Shown: positions 27,253 through 35,073 of the stretch, piece by piece
Layout: each line of letters starts with the position of its first letter
Numbering within the stretch: position 1 is the first letter of the stretch
NCBI GenBank assembly: GCA_046728135.1
Contig: JBKPDZ010000016.1
Coordinates: 6,822 to 70,821 of the forward strand
Reading direction: 5' to 3'
Origin: Gemmatimonadota bacterium
GTDB lineage: Bacteria; Gemmatimonadota; Gemmatimonadetes; Gemmatimonadales; GWC2-71-9
DNA length: 64,000 nucleotides
Notes under the pieces: model-generated
Told to the model about the DNA's origin: nothing
The model's database searches: none
Seen by the model: only the letters and a program-made list of their open reading frames with translations
Position numbers and translations under genes: made by a program

Positions 27253-27530
27253 CGTACGGGTTGCCGCCGGCCGGGCAGCACGATGAACGGCGCGTTGGGG
27301 CCGGCGCCGAGGGCCCGCAACGTGGTGGACTCGTCCAGGACGGTGGCGCCCCGGAACTTCACGACGAACGCCTGTTCGTCGTGCGTCGTCTTCAGCGCCG
27401 TTCTGAGCGCCTCGTGCTTCAACCGCGCCACCGTCGTAGTGTCGTCCACTTGAACGGAGACGGTTTCCCACGCGGCTGTCACCATCACACGGACCGGAAA
27501 GCGCTCAGCGACGGGTGGGGCAGTCGTCAC
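27249..27530 (-). CDS. small hypothetical protein, possible beta-grasp (ubiquitin-like) fold
   Basis: GTG at 27530 overlaps the upstream stop (GTGA). The alternation pattern VRVMVTAAWETVSVQVDDTTTVARLKHEALRTAL...FVVKFRGATVLDESTTLRALGAGPNAPFIVLPGRR resembles ubiquitin-fold proteins by eye only. Confidence 0.45.
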   Translation of the reverse strand: MTTAPPVAERFPVRVMVTAAWETVSVQVDDTTTVARLKHEALRTALKTTHDEQAFVVKFRGATVLDESTTLRALGAGPNAPFIVLPGRRQPVR

Positions 27531-27808
27531 GCGACCTCCACGGGCGACGCCAGGGGCAACGTGGAAAAAAACCGATCGAGCGCCTGATCGAAGAACAACG
27601 TCGACGCGCGGATCCGTGTCACGCTCTTGTCCGTCTCCTCCCACGCACCGATCACGAGCTCCTCGCCGCCCTGCCCGCGCAGATTGAGAAAATTCGGCCC
27701 CTGCTTTTCGACGAACGCGGAATTGGCCGGCACGCGCTCGGCGAAGAATTCCTGGGCGCGCGCCAGCACCTCGGCGGGCGGCAGCGAGACGGTCGTGGTA
27801 TGGATCAT
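27527..27808 (-). CDS. hypothetical protein
   Basis: 93-aa ORF with ATGA/GTGA coupling on both sides and no recognised motif. Confidence 0.55.
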   Translation of the reverse strand: MIHTTTVSLPPAEVLARAQEFFAERVPANSAFVEKQGPNFLNLRGQGGEELVIGAWEETDKSVTRIRASTLFFDQALDRFFSTLPLASPVEVA

Positions 27809-28881
27809 GGCGTCCGGAGAATCGTGATCCCGGTCGGCTGCCGCGGAACGGGAATCGTGGCCACGCGGGCGCGCGTTGTCAGGTCGATGACATCCACCGC
27901 GCCCGGATCGATGCCGACGCTCTCCTGCGAGATGAACGCCCAGCGCCCGTCGGGCGAGTAGGCCACGCCGTGCGGCAACGGCTTCGAAGTCGGGATCTTG
28001 GCGAATTCGGTCAGACTCTGCGCGTCCACGAGCGAGACGCTCTGCGCCTTCTTGTTGGTCGCAATCACCCAGCGGCCGTCGGCCGACGGCTCGACATTGT
28101 AGGCGCCGGTGCCGACGGGAACTTCCCGCACGAGCGCGAGTGAAGCGGCATCGATGACTTGGAGCGTGTTGCCGTGATTACACGCAACGTAGAGCCGCCG
28201 ATCGTCAGGGGACACCGAGACGAACGTCGGCATGCAGTCGTGAGCACCCGCCGCGCTATGGATGGGTGGACCGGCGGACGCGTGCTCCGGTTGCTCGGCG
28301 GTCTTGTGGCGGCGGGTGATGCGCAGGCTCTGGCGATCGATCTCGAGGATCTCGTCGGAGTTCATGCAGGAGACGTACACGAACGTCCCGGCATGATTGA
28401 CTTTCACGCCGTGCGGCATGTCGCACGCCGGAAGATTGGTGAGCGGCGTCATCGATGCCGTCCGCACGATCGAGACGAGGTTCGTGCGGGGGTGATCACC
28501 GTGAAAGTCGGAATTGGCGACGAACGCGAGGGCGCCATCGGGCGTCAGCGCGATCGTGGTCGGAAACATCTCCAAGGGCGCGCGCCCGAGCAGCGAGTCC
28601 GTGCCGGCGCTCATCTTCCAGAGCGAGCCGTACGGCGTGCCGTGCGCGATCGTCACGTACCACGCCGACCCGTCCGGGGCTGCGGTGACGTTGTGCGGGC
28701 CATCGATGTCGGCGGGCATGATGCCGACGGGAACGACTTTGGCGACCGCTAAGGCCGTGCCGTCCCACGTCAGCTCCGTGACGATATCGCCCGATTCGCT
28801 GGCCACCAGAATGCGGTACCCCGGCGATCCGTTCGAGACGGCGAAACCGGTCAGCAGGGCAACTGCGGCAATGAAACGCAT
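27805..28881 (-). CDS. secreted beta-propeller repeat protein (YVTN/YncE-like)
   Basis: Signal peptide MRFIAAVALLTGFAV. Repeated ...P.G.A.SPDG...YV.. blades (AYSPDGRWAFIS, EPSADGRWVIAT, SVSPDDRRLYVA, ALTPDGALAFVA). Confidence 0.75.
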   Translation of the reverse strand: MRFIAAVALLTGFAVSNGSPGYRILVASESGDIVTELTWDGTALAVAKVVPVGIMPADIDGPHNVTAAPDGSAWYVTIAHGTPYGSLWKMSAGTDSLLGRAPLEMFPTTIALTPDGALAFVANSDFHGDHPRTNLVSIVRTASMTPLTNLPACDMPHGVKVNHAGTFVYVSCMNSDEILEIDRQSLRITRRHKTAEQPEHASAGPPIHSAAGAHDCMPTFVSVSPDDRRLYVACNHGNTLQVIDAASLALVREVPVGTGAYNVEPSADGRWVIATNKKAQSVSLVDAQSLTEFAKIPTSKPLPHGVAYSPDGRWAFISQESVGIDPGAVDVIDLTTRARVATIPVPRQPTGITILRTP

Positions 28882-28899
28882 CGGGTCAAAGATAGCGTC

Positions 28900-29205
28900 T
28901 TACGCCAACACTTCGTAATGCGCCGAGTGCTCGTCAAACCGTGCGAGGAGCGCTCGCGCTTTGGGCGGCACAACAGCCTGCTCGTGATCGGCGCCGGCGA
29001 ATTCGCGCACCGCCGCGAGCGAATCGAACGTCATGATGGTGACGAACTCCACGGCATCCGGCAGTGAACGCCGCAGCAGTTGAATGCCCTGGAACCCCTT
29101 GATGTGGCGCTCGCGAATCCCGACGAAGATCTCTTCCTGAAGCAAGCGCTCGTACGCGTCCGCATTCGCCCGGCTGGTCCATCCATGCCAGATCCGCACG
29201 ATCAT
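28900..29205 (-). CDS. ABM/dimeric alpha-beta-barrel-like small protein
   Basis: ORF trimmed to MIVRIWHGWTSRANADAYERLLQEEIF...FVTIMTFDSLAAVREFAG. Ferredoxin-like monooxygenase-family pattern. Confidence 0.55.
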   Translation of the reverse strand: MIVRIWHGWTSRANADAYERLLQEEIFVGIRERHIKGFQGIQLLRRSLPDAVEFVTIMTFDSLAAVREFAGADHEQAVVPPKARALLARFDEHSAHYEVLA

Positions 29206-29708
29206 TGTGACGCTCCCCCATCTGGCCAGTGCTTGTCGGGGCGGGCCGGGGGCGGTTGGTCGGCGTGTAAGCGATCGGCCCGAATGTCGGCGTAGATGAA
29301 GTTCTCCGGCGCCACCGGGGAATCGGCGAGGCGCCGCAGCATCGCCAGCTGGCCGACGTGCGTCATCGTGTCGGCGAACGGTCCCTGGAGTAGTTGCTCC
29401 GTGGTGATCGAGCACGGCGCGTCACTCACCAGCAGATCACCGACCGCTTGCAGCATGCTGTGGAAGCGATCGACTTCCTCCTGGAACGAGGGCAGCGGAT
29501 CCGGTTTCGCCGGATATGTGCCGCCCTGGAAGTGGGTGCGGACGTACCCCATCAGCGACGTCATGTGACGAATGAGCTCGGCAGGCGTACGCGCACGATT
29601 GCCCGCGCTGAATGTCGGATAGTGCTCGGGCGCGTCACGCAACGCCTTCTGCGTGCGATACGCGATAGCAGCCAAGAAATGGCGGAGCAGCTGGCGGTCT
29701 CGGTCCAT
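29202..29708 (-). CDS. DinB-superfamily protein
   Basis: 168 aa. LLRHFLAAIAYRTQKAL...ELIRHMTSLM...HVGQLAMLRR shows the four-helix DinB-like His pattern. Confidence 0.55.
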   Translation of the reverse strand: MDRDRQLLRHFLAAIAYRTQKALRDAPEHYPTFSAGNRARTPAELIRHMTSLMGYVRTHFQGGTYPAKPDPLPSFQEEVDRFHSMLQAVGDLLVSDAPCSITTEQLLQGPFADTMTHVGQLAMLRRLADSPVAPENFIYADIRADRLHADQPPPARPDKHWPDGGASQ

Positions 29709-29730
29709 GGTGCTTCAGCCTAGGGAAAAT

Positions 29731-30072
29731 CTAGCGGCGGAACATAAAGAACACGGCTCCGCACAAGCACAGGCCCGCCCAGAGGTAATTCAGCCGCACC
29801 GGTTCTTTCATATAGAGAGCGGCGAACGGCACGAACACACTCAGCGTGATGACTTCCTGAAGGATCTTGAGCTGGCCGAGCTGCAGTTGTGTGTGGCCGA
29901 TGCGATTCGCCGGAACCTGCAGGAGATACTCGAACAGCGCGATCCCCCAGCTCACCAGGGCAGCGACGATCCAGGGCCGCTGGCTCAGGTGCCGCAGGTG
30001 GGCGTACCAGGCGAAGGTCATGAAGATGTTGGAGCACACGAGCAACACGACTGTCTTGGCGACCACCGGCAT
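29731..30072 (-). CDS. DMT-superfamily small membrane protein (DUF486)
   Basis: MPVVAKTVVLLVCSNIFMTFAWYAHLR...LKILQEVITLSVFVPFA is the typical DUF486 sequence. 113 aa. Confidence 0.75.
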   Translation of the reverse strand: MPVVAKTVVLLVCSNIFMTFAWYAHLRHLSQRPWIVAALVSWGIALFEYLLQVPANRIGHTQLQLGQLKILQEVITLSVFVPFAALYMKEPVRLNYLWAGLCLCGAVFFMFRR

Positions 30073-30096
30073 GCGCGAGTCCTGGGAAGAGACCCT

Positions 30097-31449
30097 CTAT
30101 TGTAGCAGGTGCAGTATCTCCCGTGCGGCGCGCCTCCCGCTCGCCAGTGCCCCCGCGACGGTCCCGATCTCCGCGCCGTTCGTCGCCTCGCCGGCGAAGA
30201 ACAGCGTGCCTTCCACCGGTCGGCCAAGGGCGCGCGGCGCGCCGATGCCATTCACTCCGATGTAACTGTACGCGCCGCGCGCGAACGGGTCGGCGCACCA
30301 ATCGTGGCTGGCCCAGGCGTCGAGATTCTCCTCCAGCTCGCGCCGCGGCACCGCCAGCACATTCGACAGCGCCACCAGGCTGCGCTCGAGACGTGATTGC
30401 GGCTCCTCAGCGAGCAGCGCCTCCGCGGCGACCCCGCCGACCCAGCCGGTGAGCAGCGGCGCCCGCACCGGCAGCGCGGTCCACCACGTCGGCACTTCCA
30501 CGCCCGGCGCGTACAGAAAATTCAAGCCGGCGCGGCCGGCAGCGCTCTTGCCGCGCCGCTCTGTGAGGAAGGTCTCGTCTTCCCAGAACGCCTCACGGAA
30601 GCGCAGGACGATCTTGAAGACCTGTCCAGTCTCGATGCCGCGCAGCGCTCGCTGTTTGGCCGCGAGGGCGGGATTGAAGCGCGGCGTTCCCGCTCGGAGC
30701 AGCGCCAGCGGGACCGTGACGAGCGCCGTCCGTGCGCGCAGCACTTCGAGCGGTGCCCCGTCTGGGCCGACGCATTCGACCGCGACGTCGCCGCGCTTCC
30801 AGCTCACGGTTTGGGCGACCGTGCTCATGCGCACCTGCGTGAGATCCGGATCCAGCCCATCCCGCAACCATCGCATGAGGGCATCGTAGCCATTCACGAT
30901 GCGAAACTGGTGGCCTTCGACACCTTCGTCGTGCTCCTCGTCTGCATCCGCCGCGACCGACTCGGCGCTCAGCCGCTCGGGATGCGCCGCGTAGAAGCCT
31001 TCCACGAAGCCCTGGAGCAACGAGCGCTTGAGCGGCGACAGCTTGGCCCTGGCCAGATACTCACTGACGGGGAAGTCGCGGCCCCGTTGCGCAACGCGCC
31101 GCGCGAGATCGCGATTCATGTTGTCCACTTCCGCCCAAAAATTCCCCGTCCTGATGAGGCGACCGGACGTGGCGATGTCGCGCGCCGCTGGCAGCTCGAC
31201 GACCGCCACACCGGCCGCGCGTGCGATGGACAGCGTCTCGGGCGCCTCGCCATGAATGAACTCGGCGCCCAATTCGAGCGGCACAGGGAAATGGGGATCG
31301 TGGCGGGTGAGGATGCGGCCGCCGATCCTCGATCGTGCTTCGATCACGGCGAGCCGGAGACCGGCCTGGGACAGATCGCGCGCGGCCGCCAGCCCTGCCG
31401 CGCCCGCGCCGAGGATCAGGACGTCAACGCGCTTGCGATCCGAGGGCAT
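30097..31449 (-). CDS. flavin-containing amine oxidase-family oxidoreductase
   Basis: VDVLILGAGAAGLAAARDLSQAGLRLAVIEARSRIGGRI (FAD dinucleotide fold) and C-terminal LFFAGEAT. Confidence 0.8.
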   Translation of the reverse strand: MPSDRKRVDVLILGAGAAGLAAARDLSQAGLRLAVIEARSRIGGRILTRHDPHFPVPLELGAEFIHGEAPETLSIARAAGVAVVELPAARDIATSGRLIRTGNFWAEVDNMNRDLARRVAQRGRDFPVSEYLARAKLSPLKRSLLQGFVEGFYAAHPERLSAESVAADADEEHDEGVEGHQFRIVNGYDALMRWLRDGLDPDLTQVRMSTVAQTVSWKRGDVAVECVGPDGAPLEVLRARTALVTVPLALLRAGTPRFNPALAAKQRALRGIETGQVFKIVLRFREAFWEDETFLTERRGKSAAGRAGLNFLYAPGVEVPTWWTALPVRAPLLTGWVGGVAAEALLAEEPQSRLERSLVALSNVLAVPRRELEENLDAWASHDWCADPFARGAYSYIGVNGIGAPRALGRPVEGTLFFAGEATNGAEIGTVAGALASGRRAAREILHLLQ

Positions 31450-31729
31450 CGCGCAACGAGCTCTCTACCTCGGAATTTGGCACCGCTCGCGCCCCCAAGT
31501 CTCGCGCGGCGCGCAGCGCCGCGGCGTCGACGTGCGATCCGAAGGCGAGCACCGGGATGCCGCGCTCGACCAGGTCTCGAATCCGAACGGGCACGGAGGC
31601 GTTCCCCAACTCGATGACCGCCAAATCGAACGGCTCGTCGCGCGTGGGTTCGGCACCGGCGGCGCGCACGACTGCCTGCAGTTTGCCGCGAAAGAAGAGA
31701 TCGCGGGATTCGATGAGAACGCGCTTCAA
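31424..31729 (-). CDS. hypothetical protein, degenerate receiver-like
   Basis: 101 aa. MKRVLIESRD...FDLAVIEL...IPVLAFGSH resembles a CheY-like fold lacking clear phospho-acceptor residues. Weak call. Confidence 0.4.
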   Translation of the reverse strand: MKRVLIESRDLFFRGKLQAVVRAAGAEPTRDEPFDLAVIELGNASVPVRIRDLVERGIPVLAFGSHVDAAALRAARDLGARAVPNSEVESSLRDALGSQAR

Positions 31730-33090
31730 CCCGCCAACTTTTGCGTCAGATACTCGACCAGCTTGCCCGTGGCGACGCGGTCCTGTTTCAGGGTGTCGCG
31801 ATCGCGCACGGTCACCGTCTGGTCCTGGGTAGACTGGCCGTCGATCGTGATGCCGAACGGCGTGCCGGCTTCATCCTGGCGCCGGTAGCGCCGGCCGATC
31901 GACCCACCGTCGTCGTAGAACACGTTGAAGTGGCGGCGCAGGTCGTCGTGAATCCGATGGGCCAGCTCGGGCATGCCGTCCTTGTTCACGAGCGGGAACA
32001 CGGCCGCCTTGAGGGGGGCGAGTGAGGGCTTGAGCTTGAGGACGACACGCTGGTCGCCGCCCTCTGCCGCCTCGTCGCCGCGCACCTCTTCCTCTCTATA
32101 GGCGTCGCATAACACCACGAGCGTGGTGCGATCCGCACCCGCGGACGTTTCGACAACGTACGGGACGAACCGCTCGTTCGTCTTCGGATCGAGATAGTCG
32201 AGCTTCTTCCCCGCATGCTTCTGATGGTTCGAGAGATCGAAGTCGGTGCGGTTGTGGATCCCCTCAAACTCCTGCCAGCCGAACGGAAACTCGTACTGGA
32301 TGTCGTAGGCGTCTCTGGCGTAGTGCGCGAGCTCGTCTTTGCCGTGCTGATGCCAGCGGAGCTTCTCGGAACGAATGCCGAGGCCTGCGACCCACTTCAT
32401 GCGCTCGTCGCGCCAAAACTGGAACCATTCGTTTTCGGTGCCCGGCTTCACGAAGAACTGCATTTCCATCTGTTCGAATTCGCGCGTGCGGAAGATGAAG
32501 TTGCCGGGCGTGATCTCGTTGCGGAACGCCTTACCGACCTGCGCGATGCCGAACGGAATTTTCTGCCGCGAGGACTGCAGCACGTTCAGATAGTTGACGT
32601 AGATGCCCTGCGCCGTCTCGGGCCGCAGGTAAATGACGGCGGCCTGCTCCTCCACCGGCCCCATGAACGTCTTGAACATCAGGTTGAACTGGCGCGGCGC
32701 GGTGAGCGTCCCCTTGCTGCCGCAGACGGGGCACTGCGCATCGGGCTGGCCCGGCGTGCCCTTGATCCTCGGGTCGTCGGCGCGAAATCGGTTCTTACAT
32801 TGCTTGCAGTCCACCAGCGGATCAGTGAACCCGGAGACATGCCCGGATGCTTCCCACACCTTGGGGTGCATCAGGATCGCGGCGTCGAGGCCCTCGATGT
32901 CGTGCCGCTCGTGGACCATCGAGCGCCACCAGCGCTCTTTGATGTTCTTCTTGAGCTCGACGCCGAGCGGTCCGTAATCCCAGACGGAGCCAAGCCCGCC
33001 ATAGATCTCGGAAGACTGAAACACGAAGCCGCGCCGCTTGGCCAGCGACACGAGCTTATCCATGGTCTTGTCAGCAGTTACGGGGGGCAT
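31726..33090 (-). CDS. glyQS: glycine--tRNA ligase (dimeric class II, GlyQS type)
   Basis: MDKLVSLAKRRGFVFQSSEIYGGLGSVWDYGPLGVELKKNI... The start is either ATG 33090 or ATG 33063. Confidence 0.95.
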   Translation of the reverse strand: MPPVTADKTMDKLVSLAKRRGFVFQSSEIYGGLGSVWDYGPLGVELKKNIKERWWRSMVHERHDIEGLDAAILMHPKVWEASGHVSGFTDPLVDCKQCKNRFRADDPRIKGTPGQPDAQCPVCGSKGTLTAPRQFNLMFKTFMGPVEEQAAVIYLRPETAQGIYVNYLNVLQSSRQKIPFGIAQVGKAFRNEITPGNFIFRTREFEQMEMQFFVKPGTENEWFQFWRDERMKWVAGLGIRSEKLRWHQHGKDELAHYARDAYDIQYEFPFGWQEFEGIHNRTDFDLSNHQKHAGKKLDYLDPKTNERFVPYVVETSAGADRTTLVVLCDAYREEEVRGDEAAEGGDQRVVLKLKPSLAPLKAAVFPLVNKDGMPELAHRIHDDLRRHFNVFYDDGGSIGRRYRRQDEAGTPFGITIDGQSTQDQTVTVRDRDTLKQDRVATGKLVEYLTQKLAG

Positions 33091-33103
33091 AGGGAGCCGG
33101 AAG

Positions 33104-34183
33104 TTACAAACGCAGCGCCTCGCGCGCGACCTGCTCGGCCATCTGGGCAACCGCGGAACTGTCTAACATCCGCCCGTCGCCCTCCCCGCCCACGATATGA
33201 AGGCCGATCACTCCTTCAACCCGTCCGGCCACCACGGCGACCTTCTTCCTGGCCGCTTGCGCGCGGCGCACGACTTCGCCCGGAGCTTTTCCCACCAGTG
33301 ATGTCTTATCGAAAACCCCCTCGGCGGTGATGACCAGGTCGGCCTTTGCCAAGGCCGCGTCGAACCCGGCGCGTTCCAGCACCCATTCCGCGCCAGCGTT
33401 CAATTCCGCTTTTGCAAAGAACACCAGCCCCGCGCCGAGTCCGCCGGCGGCCCCGCCCATCGGCATCGTCCCAAGGTCGGGCCGGCCAGCCTGCGCCCAG
33501 AGCTCCGAGAGCCGCGTGAGACCGGCGGCGAGGCGCGGGATCTCCTCGGGGCGAGCTCCCTTCTGGGGCCCAAAAACGGGTGCCGCGCCGTCTGGTCCGA
33601 GTAAGGGAGTCGCCACGTCAGCCAGCGCGACGACACGAGCGGCGAGTGACCAGCCCGATCCGAACGACGCGAGCTCCTCGAGCGACCCCCCACCGTCCGG
33701 CAGCGGTCGGCCCGCGGCGTTCTCAAACGTCCAGCCGAAGCCGCGCGCCGCGCCAGTTCCGCCGTCGACGGTCGCGGTTCCTCCGAGGCCCACGACGATC
33801 GTCTTGGCACCACGATCCGCGGCGGTCCAGATCAACTCACCCACGCCGCGCGTGGTCGTGCGCATCGGATCGCGGTCTTCGGGCTCGACCAGCGCGAGGC
33901 CGCACGCCGATGCGCTTTCGATGATGGCGGTTTCGCCGTCCATCCACCCCAGCTCCGCAGAGACGGAATCACCGATTGGGCCCGTCACCTGCAGCCGCTC
34001 GCGCAATGCGCCGGCCGGGAGGACGACATCGAGTAGCCCGTTGCCCCCGTCGGCGACTGGACACTCGAGCACCGTCGCGTCCGGGACGGCGCGGCGCACG
34101 CCTGCCGCGAGTGCTGCGGCTACCTGCCGTGGGCCGAGTGTGCCTTTGAAGGCGGCAGGAGCCACGAGGACCACGAGTGCCAT
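33104..34183 (-). CDS. glxK: glycerate kinase
   Basis: ORF trimmed to MALVVLVAPAAFKGTLGPRQVAAALAAG...CPVADGGNG. Also ...VITAEGVFDKTSLVGKAPG. Confidence 0.85.
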   Translation of the reverse strand: MALVVLVAPAAFKGTLGPRQVAAALAAGVRRAVPDATVLECPVADGGNGLLDVVLPAGALRERLQVTGPIGDSVSAELGWMDGETAIIESASACGLALVEPEDRDPMRTTTRGVGELIWTAADRGAKTIVVGLGGTATVDGGTGAARGFGWTFENAAGRPLPDGGGSLEELASFGSGWSLAARVVALADVATPLLGPDGAAPVFGPQKGARPEEIPRLAAGLTRLSELWAQAGRPDLGTMPMGGAAGGLGAGLVFFAKAELNAGAEWVLERAGFDAALAKADLVITAEGVFDKTSLVGKAPGEVVRRAQAARKKVAVVAGRVEGVIGLHIVGGEGDGRMLDSSAVAQMAEQVAREALRL

Positions 34184-34200
34184 GATGGTGGCAAGATAGT

Positions 34201-34234
34201 GAAAACGAGAAACCCCCTGAGTTTCCCCAGGGGG
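34201..34234 (-). terminator. intrinsic terminator-like hairpin 17 nt upstream of the glxK start
   Basis: Minus strand reads CCCCCTG-GGGAAACT-CAGGGGG followed by TTTCTCGTTTTC. Confidence 0.6.
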
Positions 34235-34324
34235 TGATCGCCTGCCGCACACCGTGCGCCCTAGAACCCGATGTGAGCGAAGCGAACAACTTTCTCGCTA
34301 ATCGGGCGGCGCAGCGTTCACTCT

Positions 34325-34404
34325 GGCAGCCGGGCTGTCTCGATGAGACCCCTAGCTTTGCGCCCCGCCGTCACCGGCGGTTTGCCCTTTTCGAGAGTTC
34401 TGCC
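34325..34404 (-). promoter_or_regulatory. candidate c-di-GMP-I (GEMM-I) riboswitch aptamer
   Basis: Minus strand reads GGCAGAACUCUCGAAAAGGGCAAACC-GCCG-GUGA-CGGC-GGGGCGCAAAGCUAGGGGUCUCAUCGAGACAGCCCGGCUGCC. The conserved GGGCAAACC, a GNRA-capped hairpin and the GGxCGCAAAGC block appear in the same order as in the V. cholerae Vc2 aptamer (recalled from memory). The closing helix is GGCAG/CUGCC. Confidence 0.6.
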
Positions 34405-34532
34405 GATTTTAGAAGCAAAAACGGTGCCTTGTTGTAAGCGCTGTCACAGCAACTGGGAGTCATGTGACCTAGGGAAAGTACTTAACTGTTTTCTGCACTG
34501 ATTACTGCAAGATGCGGCAAGAAAACCGTCAC

Positions 34533-34564
34533 GAGGAGACGCCGCAGACGCCACAGGCGCACAG
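34533..34564. repeat. left 32-nt inverted repeat flanking the four-helix-bundle gene
   Basis: The plus strand reads GAGGAGACGCCGCAGACGCCACAGGCGCACAG. The reverse complement of 35029-35060 reads GAGAAGACGCCCAGACGCCACAGACGCAGCAG. About 29 of 32 positions match, with two 1-nt indels. Confidence 0.85.
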
Positions 34565-34585
34565 TGGTTAACGACCCGCGAGCTG

Positions 34586-34942
34586 CTAGGCAGCAGCGTT
34601 TGAGAGCTTCCGCAGCAATCCGTAGACCGTCCGCGCACATTCGTCGTGGGCTTTGACGACTTCATCCATTTCGCCCGGTTTGAAAATGCCGAGGTGTTGG
34701 ACGAGGTCGAGAACGGCCTCGACCTCGACCAACGAACCTCGCGCGACGTCTGTGAAGCGTCGGAATTCCTTGGGACCGCGGCGGCTGACTCCTTCGGCAA
34801 GGTTCAAGACGATGCTATTACAGGCACGACGCCACTGATCCGCCAGGTCCCGTTCGGTTTCAGGAAGTCGATTGATGAGGGGACGCGACAATACGGCAAG
34901 CCGTCGCGCATGTTGGTACGCCTTCAGGTCTCTGAAAATCAT
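34586..34942 (-). CDS. four-helix-bundle protein (23S rRNA intervening-sequence protein family)
   Basis: MIFRDLKAYQHARRLAVLSRPLINRLPETERDLADQWRRACNSIVLNLAEGVSRRGPKEFRRFTDVARGSLVEVEAVLDL is the typical family pattern (F.DL..WQ.A..L......P..E...L..Q..RA..SI..NIAEG... GS..E). Confidence 0.85.
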   Translation of the reverse strand: MIFRDLKAYQHARRLAVLSRPLINRLPETERDLADQWRRACNSIVLNLAEGVSRRGPKEFRRFTDVARGSLVEVEAVLDLVQHLGIFKPGEMDEVVKAHDECARTVYGLLRKLSNAAA

Positions 34943-35028
34943 GCCTGAAGGTACTCATGAAATCAGGCGAATCATCACCAAAACCCTGCAGCTCGTGGCA
35001 TTTTCTCGCCGCGCGTCACTCGATACCA

Positions 35029-35060
35029 CTGCTGCGTCTGTGGCGTCTGGGCGTCTTCTC
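35029..35060. repeat. right 32-nt inverted repeat flanking the four-helix-bundle gene
   Basis: See 34533-34564. Built of AGACGCC-type sub-repeats. Confidence 0.85.
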
Positions 35061-35073
35061 GGAACGGTGTACT

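Noticed and set aside
34255-34275. CTAGAACCCGATGTGAG on the plus strand resembles the conserved ACAGAACCCGGCUUA segment of bacterial RNase P RNA.
   Set aside because: The obligatory 5' GAGGAAAGUCCGGGC element would have to lie ~300 nt upstream, inside the glxK coding sequence, and is not there. The region is better explained as the expression platform of the minus-strand riboswitch candidate.
34405-34411. TAAAAT (minus strand) just upstream of the riboswitch P1 as a -10 promoter element.
   Set aside because: I found no acceptable -35 at 16-19 nt spacing. A start 6-8 nt downstream would truncate the proposed closing helix. It is left uncalled.
34184-34585. Possibility of a glycine T-box leader or glycine riboswitch, because glyQS lies downstream.
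   Set aside because: I could not find a T-box consensus (AAnnnGGGUGGnACCrCG) or a specifier-loop architecture. CUCGAAAAGGGCAAA only superficially resembles the glycine-riboswitch CACCGAAGGGGCAA core. The GEMM-I pattern fits much better.
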